Below are positions 18,455 through 32,100 of a stretch of DNA of 64,000 bases, in pieces. The notes under the pieces were generated by a model. That model searched no databases. It was not told the origin of the DNA and saw nothing but the letters and a program-made list of their open reading frames with translations. The first letter of the stretch is position 1; each line of letters opens with the position of its first letter. This DNA is from Longimicrobiales bacterium (GTDB taxonomy: Bacteria > Gemmatimonadota > Gemmatimonadetes > Longimicrobiales > Gaopeijiaceae). Where the stretch lies: contig CBDBCF010000001.1 in NCBI GenBank assembly GCA_965202985.1, positions 2,560,001 through 2,624,000 of the forward strand, in the 5' to 3' direction. Both the position numbers and the translations under genes were made by a program.

Positions 18455-20164
18455 ATGCTGACCGAACTGCAGATCAGAGACCTCGCCGTCGTCGAGGACG
18501 TGACGGTGCCCTTGGAACCCGGGCTGAACGCGGTTACGGGGGAGACCGGGGCCGGCAAGTCCATCGTCGTCGGCGCGCTGCATCTGCTGTTGGGTGGACG
18601 GGCTTCGGCCGGAGTGGTCCGCAGCGGCCGCCCGCGCGCCGTGGTGGAGGGCGTCGCCGAAGTCGGAGACCGAAAGGACGTAGCCGCCGCCCTTGACGAG
18701 CTGGGGCTGGAACCCGACAACGGGCGCTTGGTCTTTCGACGGGAGATCCGCGCCGGGGGGCGCAGCCGGGGCTGGGTCAACGGATCGCCGGCAGCTGCGA
18801 GCGTGCTCCGGAGCCTGGGCGCCTTCTTGGTGGACATTCACGGCCAACACGAGCACGCGCGCCTTCTGTCCCCGGACTTCCAGCGGCGGATCCTGGACGC
18901 CTTCGGCAACTGTCGAGCGCCGTCCGAAAGGGTCGCAGCCGCGTTCCACCGAGCCGCCGGCCTCCGCGAACGCTTGGCCGAACTGGAGGCGCGCAGCCGC
19001 GACATGGAGGAACGGGCCGGGCTGGCGCGCTTTCAGGCGGACGAGATCCGCGCCGCGGAACTTCGCACGGGCGAAGAGGAAGAGTTGTGCGACGAGGCCA
19101 AGCGCTTGTCCAACGCCGGGCTTCTGGCCCGAGAGACCGGCACCCTCCACCAGTCGCTCTTCGCGGGCGAGGGAGCGGTCACGGACCGGCTGGCCGACGC
19201 GGTGCGGAGGTTGCGCCGCTTGGGCGAAGTCGACCCGGCGCTGTTGCCGGTCGCGTCGGCGCTGGACGACGCCTACCACGGCGTGGCCGAGGCTGCGGCG
19301 GAGCTGGGACGCTATTCCCAGGACGTGGAGCAAGACCCGTCCCGGCTCGAGGCCGTGCAGGAGCGCCAAGCCCTCCTTCACGAGATCGGCCGGAAGCACG
19401 GCGGCAGCGTCGAGGCTGCCATCGAGAAGGGCGAGGCGCTGGCGCGGGAGCTGGCGGCGCTGGACTCGGCCGCCGTCGATGCCGGGGCGCTCGGGGCCGA
19501 GCTGGAGGCGGCCGAAGCGACTTGGCGAACCGAGGCCGAAGCCTTGTCGGCCCGGCGTCGGGCGGCAGCCGACCGGTTGCGCGACGAGGCCAAAGCCCTG
19601 TTCCCGGGACTGGGGCTGGAAGGCGGACGGTTCGACGTGGTCCTGGAACCGCTGCCGGAGCCCTCCCGGCGCGGCCTGGAGGCCGTGCGCCTCATGGCGT
19701 CGATGAACCCCGGCTTTCCCCTGGCAGCCCTGGCCGAGATCGCGTCGGGCGGCGAGCTGTCGCGGGTCATGCTGGCCCTCAAGTCGGTCCTGACGGGCAT
19801 CGACGACCTTCCCACACTGGTCTTCGACGAAGTGGACGCGGGCATCGGGGGCGCGGTCGCGGCCAAGGTGGGCGACTGCCTTGACGCCCTGGCGCGTGGT
19901 CGCCAAGTGATCGTCGTGACCCACTTGGCCCGCGTCGCCAGCCGGGCGTCCAGCCATCTCCTGGTCGAAAAGCGCGTGGCCGGGGACGCAACCACCGTGT
20001 CGCTGGGTCGGCTGGACTTCCCCCAACGGGTCCGCGAGATTGCGCGGATGCTAGGCGGCGACCCCGACTCGGCTTCGTCGGTCCGCCACGCCCGCGAGCT
20101 GCTGGAACGCCCAGACATGGAATGCCCGCTTGGCACGGAATCCCGTACTCGCAGTCCAAGATGA
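18455..20164 (+). CDS. recN: DNA repair protein RecN
   Basis: TGETGAGKS, DIHGQHE, ASGGELSRVML, FDEVDAGIGG, QVIVVTHL, RVREIARMLGG. Confidence 0.96.
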   Translation: MLTELQIRDLAVVEDVTVPLEPGLNAVTGETGAGKSIVVGALHLLLGGRASAGVVRSGRPRAVVEGVAEVGDRKDVAAALDELGLEPDNGRLVFRREIRAGGRSRGWVNGSPAAASVLRSLGAFLVDIHGQHEHARLLSPDFQRRILDAFGNCRAPSERVAAAFHRAAGLRERLAELEARSRDMEERAGLARFQADEIRAAELRTGEEEELCDEAKRLSNAGLLARETGTLHQSLFAGEGAVTDRLADAVRRLRRLGEVDPALLPVASALDDAYHGVAEAAAELGRYSQDVEQDPSRLEAVQERQALLHEIGRKHGGSVEAAIEKGEALARELAALDSAAVDAGALGAELEAAEATWRTEAEALSARRRAAADRLRDEAKALFPGLGLEGGRFDVVLEPLPEPSRRGLEAVRLMASMNPGFPLAALAEIASGGELSRVMLALKSVLTGIDDLPTLVFDEVDAGIGGAVAAKVGDCLDALARGRQVIVVTHLARVASRASSHLLVEKRVAGDATTVSLGRLDFPQRVREIARMLGGDPDSASSVRHARELLERPDMECPLGTESRTRSPR

Positions 20165-23100
20165 TGAAGCACATGCCGTCCGTCTCCGCCGCCGTCGGTC
20201 TCTTGTGGCTGCTTGCGTCGCCGTGGGGCTTGGAAGCGCGCGGGGCGTCGGGGGAAGACCGGGGCGGCCCCGCAGAGGAGGCGGGCGGGGCCCAGCAGGG
20301 GAACGCGCCGGTAGTCAGCGACGTGTACTTCACGACGACCCCGACGCACGACTCGACGTACGAGCGGGGCGAGCCGATCACCGTTCGGGTCGTGTTCGAC
20401 AGGGCGATCGTGGTAACGGGCAGCCCGCAGCTGGCGATGACGATGGGATCCACGACGCGACCGTTCTACCACTTGGCGGTGGGAAGCAACTACATCGACT
20501 TCAACGACTATACCGAATCGACCGACCACGACTTGGACGGGATCAGCATCGGGGCGAGCGCGCTGACGCTCAACGGGGGGACGATCACGTCGAGCGACGG
20601 GACGAATGCGGCGCTGGGGCTGGGAACGCACGCAATCACCAACGATCCGGCGCGCAAGGTGCAAGGAGGTCGGCGGTCGGCGCCGCGCGTGGCAAGCGTA
20701 ACGTTCATTACCGATGCGGGCAGCGACTCGACGTACACGTTCGGCGACGAGATCGAGGTCGTGGTTCGGTTCGACCGCGCAGTCGTGGTGAACCGGCACG
20801 TCACGGTGAGCGGGAGGCCGCAGTTGGCGTTGACGGTGGGGTCGCAGACCCGGCAGGCGCGCTATGAAGTCCAACCAGGACCGACGTCGAACATCCTCTG
20901 GTTCAGCTACTTCGTGCAGGCGTCGGACAGCGACGCGAACGGGATCAGCATCGGGGCGAACGCACTGACGCTGAACGGGGGGACGCTGACGCTGCTGGGC
21001 TATTCTCCGGTGAGCGCGATCCTGGGGCTGGGCACGCACGCCGTCACCAACGCCGCAGCGCACAAGGTGGACGGCAGCAGGGGGACGAAGGTGACGGGGG
21101 TGTCGATCTCGTCGCCGTCGTCGAGCGATTCGACGTTCAAGGGGGCCGACCGGATCAAGGCGACGGTGACGTTCAGCGCGGCGGTCGACGTGGCGAGCAC
21201 ACGGCCCGTCCTGAGCCTGGGGATCGGATCGGCGACGCGGCAGGCGAGCTACGCGCGGGGCGGGGGCACGTCGTCGCTGGAGTTCGAGTACACGGTGTCG
21301 TCGTCGGACTCGGACGCGAACGGGATCAGCATCGCGGCGGACGCGCTCTGCTGCGACGGCCGGGTTCTCGTGGTGGGGCAGGGCACGACCAGAGCGGCGC
21401 TGGGCCTGGGCAGCCATGCGATCTCGAACAGCGCGGCGCACAAGGTGGACGGCAGCGTGGCGGGCGCGCCGGTGGTGACCGACGTGCAGTTCACAACGAC
21501 GCCGGCGAGCGATTCGACGTACGAGGTGGGCGAGCTGATCGGGGTTCGGGTCTTCTTCGACCGGAGCTTCGCGCTGACGGGCCGGCCGCAGTTGGCGTTG
21601 ACCTTCGGGTCCGGGACCGGGCAGATGTCGCCCACGGGGTGGGGCGGCAGCGCCATCTCGTTCGACTACTACCTGCGGGCGACCGACGTGGACACGGACG
21701 GGATCAGCATCGGGGCGAACGCGTTGACGTTGAACGGGGGGACGATCACGTCGAGCGACCGGACGACGAACGCGGAGCTGGGGCTGGGAACGCACGCGAT
21801 CGCCAACGATCCGGCGCAAAAGGCGGATGGACGTCGGGCGACGGCGCCGACCATTACGGACGCCTACATCCATACTTCTGCCGGCAGCGACTCGACGTAT
21901 GCGGTGTCCGAGGAGATCACGATGTGGGTCGTATTCGACCGCGGCGTCGTGATGACGGGAGAGCCCCAGCTGGCGTTGACGATCGGGTCGCAGACGCGCT
22001 ACGCGAGCTACTCCGGGCCCACGCCCACGGCGGCAAGGCGCGACTTCTACTTCCGGTACTTCGTGCAGGCGTCGGACAGGGACGCCGACGGGTTGAGCGT
22101 AGGGCCGGCGCTGGTGCTGAACGGGGGGACGATCAAGGTGGCGGGCGACACGGTGAACGCGAATCTGGCGCTCGGCGCCCACGCGATCGCGAACGCCGCG
22201 GCGCACAAGGTGGACGGCAGCATGGGGACGGGGGTGACGGGGGTGTCGATCTCGTCGCCGTCGTCGAGCGACTCGACGTTCAAGGCAGGCGACTGGATCG
22301 AGGTGACGGTGACGTGGAACCGTGCGGTCGACGTGAATTTGAGCTCGCCGCCCCGCATGGTTCTGGGGATCGGGTTGTTGGACCGCGCGGCAAGGTACGC
22401 GCGGGGGCACGGCACGTCGTCGCTGGTGTTCCGGCACCCGGTGCAGCGGTCGGACTTGGACTTGGACGGGATCAGCATCGCGGCGGGCGCGCTGACCAAC
22501 TGGGGGCGCGGCCGGATCTTCGCAGCGGGGACGAGGACGCAGGCGGGGCTGGGTCTGGGCGCCCACGCGATCTCCAACAGCGCGGCGCACAAAGTGGACG
22601 GTCGCAGGGTGGGCGCGCCGGTGGTGAGCAACGTCCGGTTCACGAGCACGCCGGCGAGCAGCGACTCGACGTATCACCTGGGCGAGCGGATCCATGTCGA
22701 GGTGCTGTTCGACAGGTCCATCAGCTACACCGGCACTCCGCAGCTGGCGCTGTGGGTCGGAGCGGCCACGCGATACGCCGCGCTCAGCAGCGCGTCCCTG
22801 CGCGGATCGCTGGTGTTCACTTACGACGTGCAGGCGTCCGACTCCGACCCCGACGGCGTCAGCATCGGGGTGAACGCGCTGAGGCTGAACGGAGGGACGA
22901 TCACGGCCCGGACGGACACGACGGCCGCGAACCTTGGGCTCGGGTCCCAGATTACGAACGATGGCCGCCACCAGGTGGACGGGAGCCAAGTGACGGCGCC
23001 GTCGGTCGCCGACGTGCGAATTACGAGCAGCCCAGCCAGCGGCAGCACCTACGGGCTGGGCGAGCAAATCGAGGTGGCTGTCGACTTCGACCGTCCTGTC

Positions 23101-26100
23101 GTGGTTACCGGCGAGCCGATAGTGACACTGCTAATCGGGGCCGAGTTTCCGGCGGCGCGCTACCATTGCCCGGGGTGCACAGGAGGCGCCACGACGTTGA
23201 ACTTCCGCCACACGGTTCGAGCGGTGGACCGGGACAGCGACGGGTTGAGCCTCCACAACAACAGCTTGGCACGGTCCATCGGTACGATCAACTTGGCGGC
23301 GAACGGCACGACGGCAGCGAACAGGAGCTTCGGCGCGCACGCGGTCTCGAACGTTGCGGCGCACAAGGTGGACGGCAGCCGAGCGCCCGTGCCGGCGGCG
23401 ACCGCGGTGCAGATCTTGAGCAGCCCGCCGGCCGACCAAACGTACGAGCTGGGAGAGGAAATCGCGTTCAGGGTGTCCTGGAATCGCGCGGTTGCAGTTA
23501 CGGGCACGCCCCAACTGGCGGTGACGATCGGGTCGCGGACGCGGCAGGCGGATTACTACGAGAGCGCTTCGGGCACCCGCACCCACTTCCGCTACAAGGT
23601 GCAGGCGTCGGATGTGGACGCGGACGGGATCAGCGTCGCGACCAACGCGCTGACGCTGAACAGCGGGACGATCAACGACGCCGTCAACGATTCGGCGGCC
23701 GCCTTGACGCTCCCCCGGGCTATCCCGAACACGCTGTCCCACAAGGTGAACGGCGGTCGAACGACCCGGCCGTCGGTGAGCGCACTGTCGCTGAACAGCA
23801 CGCCGGACTTCACGTTCACCTTGGGCGACCGGATCGTCGTCACGGTGAGGTGGGATCGTACGGTCGCGGTTACGGGCACGCCTCGGCTGGCGCTGACGAT
23901 CGGCACGCAGACGCGGCAGGCGGAGTACGCGAGCGGGACGGGCACGAACGCGCTGGCGTTCCACTACACTGTGGCGGCCACGGATGTGGACACGACGGGG
24001 ATCAGCATCGGGGCGAGCGCGCTGACGCTGAACGGCGGGACGATAAAGCATGTCGGATCCAGTGCGGTGGACGCGAACCTGGGTCTCGGGACGCACGCTA
24101 TTACCAACAGCGCCCGCCACAAGGTGGATGGAAGTCAAGTCAGCATCATCATGCGTGGCGTGGGCGTGTCTGGCCTGAGCTGTCCCGAGACCGGCGATAC
24201 TTGCGAACTCGGAGACAGGATCCTGGTCTTTGGCCTCTGGACCGACTCCAACCGACGGCGGATCGTTGGCATAGACGTCACGGGCACGCCCCAGATCGCG
24301 ATTGCCGTCGGGGCGCAGACCCGCTACGCGAACTACGACGCGGTGAAGACGGTCGAGCTGGGCACGTCGGGGCCGGGCGTCGTCTACTTCTCGTACTTTG
24401 TCCAGCCGGCGGACAGGGACACGGACGGGATCCACATCCCGCCCAACGGACTGCGGCTGAACGGCGGCACGATCAAGGTTGCCGGCTCGCAACGCGACGC
24501 GCCGCTCAAGCACGCGGGGTCGCCCGTTGCAACCGACACCAAGGTGAACGGCGGCAGCTTGACGGCGCCCTCGGCGAGGAGCGTGAGGATCGTCAGCTCG
24601 CCGGCCAGCGGGGACACCTACGGGTTCTTTGAGAACATTCGGGTGCGGGTGGAGTTCAGCAGGGCCGTGGCCGTGACGGGCACGCCGCGGCTGGCCCTGG
24701 CGATCGGGTCGCAGACGCGACAGGCGAGCTACGCTTCGGGTACGGGGACGGAGTTCCTCGAGTTCGGCTACCGGGTGCAGGTGTCCGATGCGGACGCCGA
24801 CGGGATCGGCGTTGGGGCGAACGCGCTGACGTTGAACGGAGGGAAGATCGCGTTGCAGGGCGACACGGCCACGAACGCGAGCTTGGCGCTGGGGCACCAT
24901 GCAATCGCGAACGCCGCCGCCCACAAGGTGGACGCCAGCCAGGGTGCGCCTGGGGTCGGCGGCTTGGTGTTGGGCTCGCCGCCGGTGGGCGACACCTTCG
25001 AGCGGGGCGACACGATTGCCGCGACGTTGACGTTCAACAGGGCGGTGGACGTGACGGGGACGCCGCAGCTGGCGCTGACGATCGGCGCGACCACGCGCCA
25101 GGCCGCCTACGTCTCGGGCACGGGCACGGCGTCGCTGGTCTTCCGCTATGTGGTGGTGCAGGCGGACGCGGACGCCGACGGGTTGAGCATCGGCGCAAGC
25201 GCGCTGGCGCTGAACGGCGGCACGATCGACGCGGCGGGCGGGACGACGGACGCGCGGCTGGGGCTGGGCAGTCACGCGGTAGCGAACAGCTCGGGCCACA
25301 AGGTGGCGGGCGGGACGTTCACGGCGGCGGCGGTCAGCGGCGTGTCGATCACGAGCAGCCCGGCCAGCGACAGCACCTACGGCTTTGACGAGGTGATCGA
25401 GGTGCAGGCGACGTTCAACCGCCGCGTGACTGTGACGGGGACGCCGCAGCTGGCCCTGACGATCGGGACACAGACGCGCCAGGCGAACTACACCTCCGGC
25501 ACGGGCACGGCGTCGCTGACGTTCCGCTACACGGTGATGGCGGCGGACGCGGACTCGACCGGCGTCGGCATCGGCGCAAGCGCGCTGGCGTTGAACGGCG
25601 GTGGGATCGCCGACGCCCGGGACGGGAGCACGGCGGCGAGCTTGGGGCTGGGCGCGAACGCGATCGCCGCCGCGGCGGCGCACAAGGTGGACGGCGCCCG
25701 TGGTCCGCCGAGGGTGGCGGGCGTGGCCGTCGGGTCGCCGGCGGTGGGCGACACCTTCGAGCGCGGCGAGCGGATCGAGGTCACGGTCACGTTCACCAAG
25801 GCGGTGGACGTTACGGGGACGCCGCAGCTGGCGCTGACGATCGGCGCGGCGACGAAGCAGGCGGCGTATGCGAGCGGCACGGGCACGGCGTCGCTGGTGT
25901 TCCGCTACCTGGTGGTGCAGGCGGACGCGGACGCCGACGGGCTCAGCATCGGGGCGAGCGCGCTGGCGCTGAACGGCGGGACGATCGACGAGGCGGGCGG
26001 TACGACGGACGCGCTGCTGGGGCTGGGCTCGCGCGCGATCGCGAACAGTTCGGGCCACAAGGTCGCGGGCGGGACGTTTACGACGCCGGCGGTGAGCGGA

Positions 26101-29100
26101 GTGACGATCTCGAGCAGTCCCGGCGTCGGCGACACCTACGCCTTGGCCGAGCGGATCGAGGTCGAGGTCGCATTCAGCAGGCCGGTGAGCGTCTCGGGCG
26201 CGCCGCAGCTGGCGCTGACGATCGGGACGCAGACGCGCCAGGCGGCCTACGCATCGGGCACGGGCACGACCACGCTGACGTTCGGCTACGCGGTGGTGGC
26301 CGCCGACTCCGACACCACCGGCATCAGCATCGGCGCGAGCGCGCTGACGCTGAACGGGGGAACGATCAACGACGTCCGGAGCAGCGCCACGGCGGCGAGC
26401 CTGGGCCTGGGCGCGAACGCGATCGCCAACGCCTCCGGCCACAAGGTGATCGGGACCCCGGCGGTCCCGACGGTGACCGGAGCCTCGGTCGCGAGCAGCC
26501 CGGCGAGCGGAGACGCCTACGGCGCAGGCGAGACGATCACCGTGCACATCGTGTTCCAGGTTCCGGTCGTGGTGACGGGCGCGCCCCAGCTGGCGCTGAC
26601 GGTGGGGCCCGAGACGCGGCAGGCCGCCCTCGCCGGCGGAAGCGGGACGGACACGCTGGCGTTCAGCTACACGACGGTGGCGACGGACACGGACACGGAC
26701 GGGATCGGGGTCGCCGCGAGCGCGCTGGCGCTGAACGGCGGGACGATCCGAAGCGGCAGGGGGACGGACGCGTTGCTGGGGCTGGGCGCGCACGCGATCG
26801 CGAACGCCGCGGGCCACAAGGTGGACGGCAGGGCGACCGCGCCGACGGTGACGGCCGTGAGGGTCGCGAGCACGCCGCTGTTTCAAGTGCGGAACGTCGG
26901 CTTGTACGGACGAGGCGAGACGATCGAGGTGCAGGTCGGCTTCAGCCTGCCTGTAAGGGTGACGGGCGCGCCCCGGCTGGCGTTGACGATCGGCGCGGCG
27001 ACGAGACAGGCGGCCTACGCGGGCGGATCGGGCACGGCGACGCTGGCGTTCCGCTACACGGTTGGCCAGTCGGACGTGGACGGGGACGGGATCGGGGTCG
27101 GCGCGAGCGCGCTGACGCTGAACGGCGGTGCGATCCGGAGCAGGGCGGGCGCCAGCGCGGCCTTGGGACTCGGCAGCCACGCGATCACGGCGGCCTCGGG
27201 CCACACGGTGGACGGTCAGCAAGGAGGCGGCGAGCCGGAAGTGACGGGAGGCTCGATCGTGAGCCGTCCAGGGGTTGGAGACTCGTACGGGGTCGGCGAG
27301 ACGATCAGGTTGCGGGTGGTCTTCAACGAGCTGGTGGCGGTGACGGGGACGCCGCAGCTGGGGCTTGAGATCGGGACGGCGACGCGGCTGGCGTCGTACG
27401 CTTCGGGCACGGGCACGACGGAGCTGGAGTTCCGCTACACGGTCCAAGCGGGGGACAAAGACGACAACGGCGTTGCCGTCCCGGGCACGTTCACCGACCT
27501 CGCTGGATCGATCAGCAGCGTCGCGTCGGGCAACAGCCTGGACACGAGCAAAGAGTATGAACGCGTGAAGACCGCGGACCTCGTCGACCACAAGGTCGAT
27601 GCAGCGAGCGACAACCGGGCGTCGATTCCGATGCCGAACGCGGTGACGATCAGCAGCAGCGCCGGGAACGACAGCACCTACGCGGCGGACGACACGATCT
27701 CGGTGCAGGTGGGCTTCACCGTTGCGGCGACGGTGACGGGGACGCCGCAGTTGGCGCTCTCGATCGGCAGCGCGACGCGCCAGGCGGCCTACGCCAGCGG
27801 AAGCGGGACGGCGACGCTGACGTTCCGCTACGCGGTGACGGACGCGGACGCGGACGCCGACGGCATCAGCATCGGCGACCTCGCGCTTGCGCTGAACGGC
27901 GGGACGATCCGGAGCGGGAGCGGCGCCTATGCCACGCTGACCTTGGGAACGCATGCGATCTCGAACGCGGCGGCTCACAAAGTGGCGGGAACGACGACGG
28001 CGCCCACGGTGAACGCGGCGTCGGTCACGAGCACGCCTGCGACGGGCGACACCTACGGCGCCGCCGAGAAGATCGCGGTGCAGATCGGCTTCCGGATCCC
28101 GGTCGTGGTGACCGGGGCGCCGCAGCTGGCGCTGACGATCGGGACGCGGACCCGGCAGGCCGGCTACGCGGGCGGCAGCGGGACCCGCGTCCTGACGTTC
28201 GACTACGCGACGGTGGCGACGGACGCGGACGCGAACGGGATCGGCGTCGCCGCCGCTGCCCTGACGCTGAACGGCGGCACGGTCCGGAACTGGGCGGGGA
28301 CGAACGCGGTGCTGGGCCTGGGCGCGAACGCAATCGCGAACGCGAGCGGCCACAAGGTGAACGGCGCGGCGACGGTTCCGGCGGTGAACACGCTGACGAT
28401 CGCGAGCACGCCTGCGAGTGGGGACACGTACGGCGCGGGCGAGACGATCTCGGTGGAGGTGGGCTTCCGGATACCGGCGACGGTGACGGGGGCGCCGCAG
28501 CTGGCGCTGACGGTGGGGGCGCAGACGCGGCAGGCGGGATACGCGAGCGGGAGCGGGACGAAGACGCTGACGTTCAGCTACGAGGTGGCGGCGACGGACG
28601 CGGACTCGGACGGGATCGGCGTCGGCGCGAGCGCTTTGGCGCTGAACGGCGGCACGATCCAAAGCGGAGCGGGGACGAACGCGGCGCTGGGCCTGGGCGC
28701 GCACGCGATCGCGAACGCGGGCGGCCACAAGGTGAACGGTGTGGCGACGGTTCCGACGGTGAACGCGGTGACGATCGCGAGCACGCCTGCGAGCGGGGAC
28801 ACGTACGGCGCGGGCGAGACGATCACGGTGGAGGTGGGCTTCCGGATACCGGCGACGGTGACGGGGACGCCGCGGCTGGCGCTGACGGTGGGGGCGCAGA
28901 CGCGGCAGGCGGAGTACGCGAGCGGGAGCGGGACGAAGACGCTGACGTTCAGCTACGAGGTAGTGGCGACGGACGCGGACTCGGACGGGATCGGCGTGGG
29001 CGCGAGCGCTTTGGCGCTGAACGGCGGCACGATCCAAAGCGGAGCGGGGACGAACGCGGCGCTGGGCCTGGGCACGAACGCGATCGCCAACGCGGGCAGC

Positions 29101-32100
29101 CACAAGGTGGACGGGGCGGCGACGGCGCCGACGGTGAACGCGGTGACGATCGCGAGCACGCCTGCGAGCGGGGACACGTACGGCGCGGGCGAGACGATCA
29201 CGGTGGAGGTGGGCTTCCAGATACCGGCGACGGTGACGGGGACGCCGCAGCTGGCGCTGACGGTGGGTTCGCAGACGCGGCAGGCGGGGTACGCGAGCGG
29301 GAGCGGGACGAAGACGTTGACGTTCAGCTACACGGTTCTGGCGACGGACGCGGATTCGGACGGGATCGGCGTCGGCGCGAGCGCTTTGGCGTTGAACGGC
29401 GGGACGATCCAGAGCGGAGCGGGGACGAACGCGGCGCTGGGTTTGGGCACGAACGCGATCGCGAACGCGAGCAGCCACAAGGTGGACGGGGCGGCGACGG
29501 TTCCGGCGGTGAACGCGGCGACGATCGCGAGCACGCCTGCGAGCGGGGACACGTACGGCGCGGGCGAGACGATCTCGGTGGAGGTGGGCTTCCAGATTCC
29601 GGCGACGGTGACGGGGACGCCGCTGCTGGCGCTGACGGTCGGCGCCTCGACCGTCCAGGCCCAGTACGTTCGGGGAAGCGGCTCCGGGACGCTCGTCTTC
29701 GAGCACGTCGTGCAGGCCGCGAACGTGGACGCGGACGGGATCAGCATCGGCGCGAGCGCGTTGACCTTGAACGCCGGCACGATCCGGAGCGGAGCGGGGA
29801 CCAACGCGGTGCTGGGCCTGGGCACGAACGCGATTGCCAACGCGAGCGGTCACAAGGTGAACGGCGCCACGGCCACTCCGCCGACGGTGAGCGCGGTCGC
29901 CGTCGCCAGTTCGCCGGCGAGCGGGGACACCTACGGCGCCGGCGAGCGGATCGATGTGACAGTCGGCTTCGACATCGCAGTGGACGTGACGGGCGCGCCG
30001 CAGCTGGCGCTGACGATCGGCGCCCAGACGCGCCAAGCGGCGTACCGAAGCGGCGGCGGGACGCGAACCCTCGCCTTCGAGTACGTGGTGCAGTCGGCGG
30101 ACGCGGACAACGACGGCATCGGCATCGGCGCGAGCGCGCTGGCGCTGAACGGCGGCACGATCGGCAGCAGCTTCGGCGCGTCGGCGGTGCTGGGTCTGGG
30201 CACGAACGCGATAGCCAACGCGAGCGGCCACAAGGTGAACGGCGCCACGGCAACGGTTCCGACCGTGAGCCGGGCGGCGATCGCCAGCGCTCCCGCAACC
30301 GGAGACACGTACGGCGCCGCCGAAGCGATCACGGTCGAGATCACGTTCACGACGCCTGTGACGGTGACGGGCGCGCCGCAGCTGGCGTTGACGATCGGCG
30401 CCCAGACACGGCAGGCGTCCTACGCCGCCGGAAGCGGCGACAAGACGCTCTCGTTCGCCTACGCGACCACGGTGGCGGATGCCGACAGCGACGGGATCGG
30501 CGTGGGCGCGAGCGCGCTGGCGCTGAACGGCGGGACGATCCGGAGCCAAACGGGGACCAACGCGGCGCTGGGGTTGGGCGCGCACACGATCGCCGACGCG
30601 AGCGGCCACAAGGTGGACGGGACGACGACGGTGCCGGTGGTGAACGCCGTCGCGATCGCCAGCTCTCCGGCGAGCGGCGACACCTACGAGATCGGCGAGA
30701 CGATCACGGTCCAGGTGGGCTTCCAGATCGCCGTCACGGTGACCGGGACGCCCCAGCTGGCGCTGACGATCGGGACCCGGACGCGGCAGGCGTCCTACGC
30801 CGCGGGAAGCGGTGCGGACTCGCTGACGTTCAGCTACACGGTGGAAGCCGGCGACTCGGACTCGGACGGGATCGGCGTGGGCGCGAGCGCTCTGTCGCTG
30901 AACGGCGGCACGATCCGGAGCGGGACGTCGACCAACGCGGCCCTGGGGCTGGGCGCGCACGCAATCGCGAACGCCGCCGCCCACAAGGTGGACGCCAGCC
31001 AGGGTCCGCCGGGCGTCGCCGGCTTGGTCTTGGGCTCGCCGCCGGTGGGCGACACCTTCGAGCGGGGCGACACGATCGTTGCGATGGTGACGTTCAACAA
31101 GGCCGTGGACGTGACGGGCGCGCCGCAGCTGGCGCTGACGATCGGCGCGGTCGTGCGCCAGGCTGCGTACGCCGGCGGCACGGGCACGGCGTCGCTGGTC
31201 TTCCGCTACGTGGTGGCGTCGTCGGACACGGACGCCGACGGGTTGAGCGTCGGCGCGAGCGCGCTGGCGCTGAACGGCGGCACGATCCGGCTCGCAGGCG
31301 GCACGACCAACGCGCTGCTGGGCCTGGGCAGCCGAGCGGTGACCAACAGCGCGGGCCACAAGGTGGCGGGCGGCGCGTTGAGGGCGCCTGCGGTGACGGG
31401 CGTCGTGCTTGTCGGTAGCCCCGACAGCGCATCGACCTACGGCCTCGGCGAGGAGATCACGGTCCAGGTGACGTTCGGCCGCCCGGTGAACGTGAGGAGG
31501 ACGCCGCGGCTGGCGCTGACGATCGGAGCCCAGTCCCGCCAGGCGAACTTCGTCTTGGGCTCGGGCACGGCGACGTTGACGTTCCGCTATGTCGTGGCGT
31601 CGTCGGACGCGGACGCCGACGGGCTGAGCATCGGGGCGACCGCGCTGACGCTGAACGGCGGCACGATCGTGGACTTGCGCGACGGAGCCACGGCCGCCGC
31701 GCTCGGCTTGGGCGCGAACGCGATTGCCGACGCCGCGGGCCACAAGGTGGACGGCAGCATGGAGAAGGCCCCGGCGGTGGTCGGCGTGCAGATCGGGAGC
31801 ACGCCGGCGGACGGCACCACCTACAAGCGGTCGGAGAAGATCAGAGTTGAGATCGCCTTCGACCGGGTGGTGGCGGTGACCAACTCGCACCGTCTGGGGC
31901 TGGCGCTGACGCTGGGGACGCAGACGCGGCAGGCGAGCTACCTGAGGGGCACCAGAACGAAGACGCTGACGTTCGAGTACACGGTGCAGCCGTCGGACGC
32001 GGACTCCGACGGGCTGAGCATCGGCGCGAGCGCGCTGACGCTGAACGGCGGCAGGGCGAACAGCGGCGCGATCCGGATCGCGGGCGGCACGGCGAACGCG

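Noticed and set aside
20131..20146. TGGCACG upstream of the giant gene as a sigma54 site
   Set aside because: No GC at the -12 position (TGGCACGGAATCCCGT).
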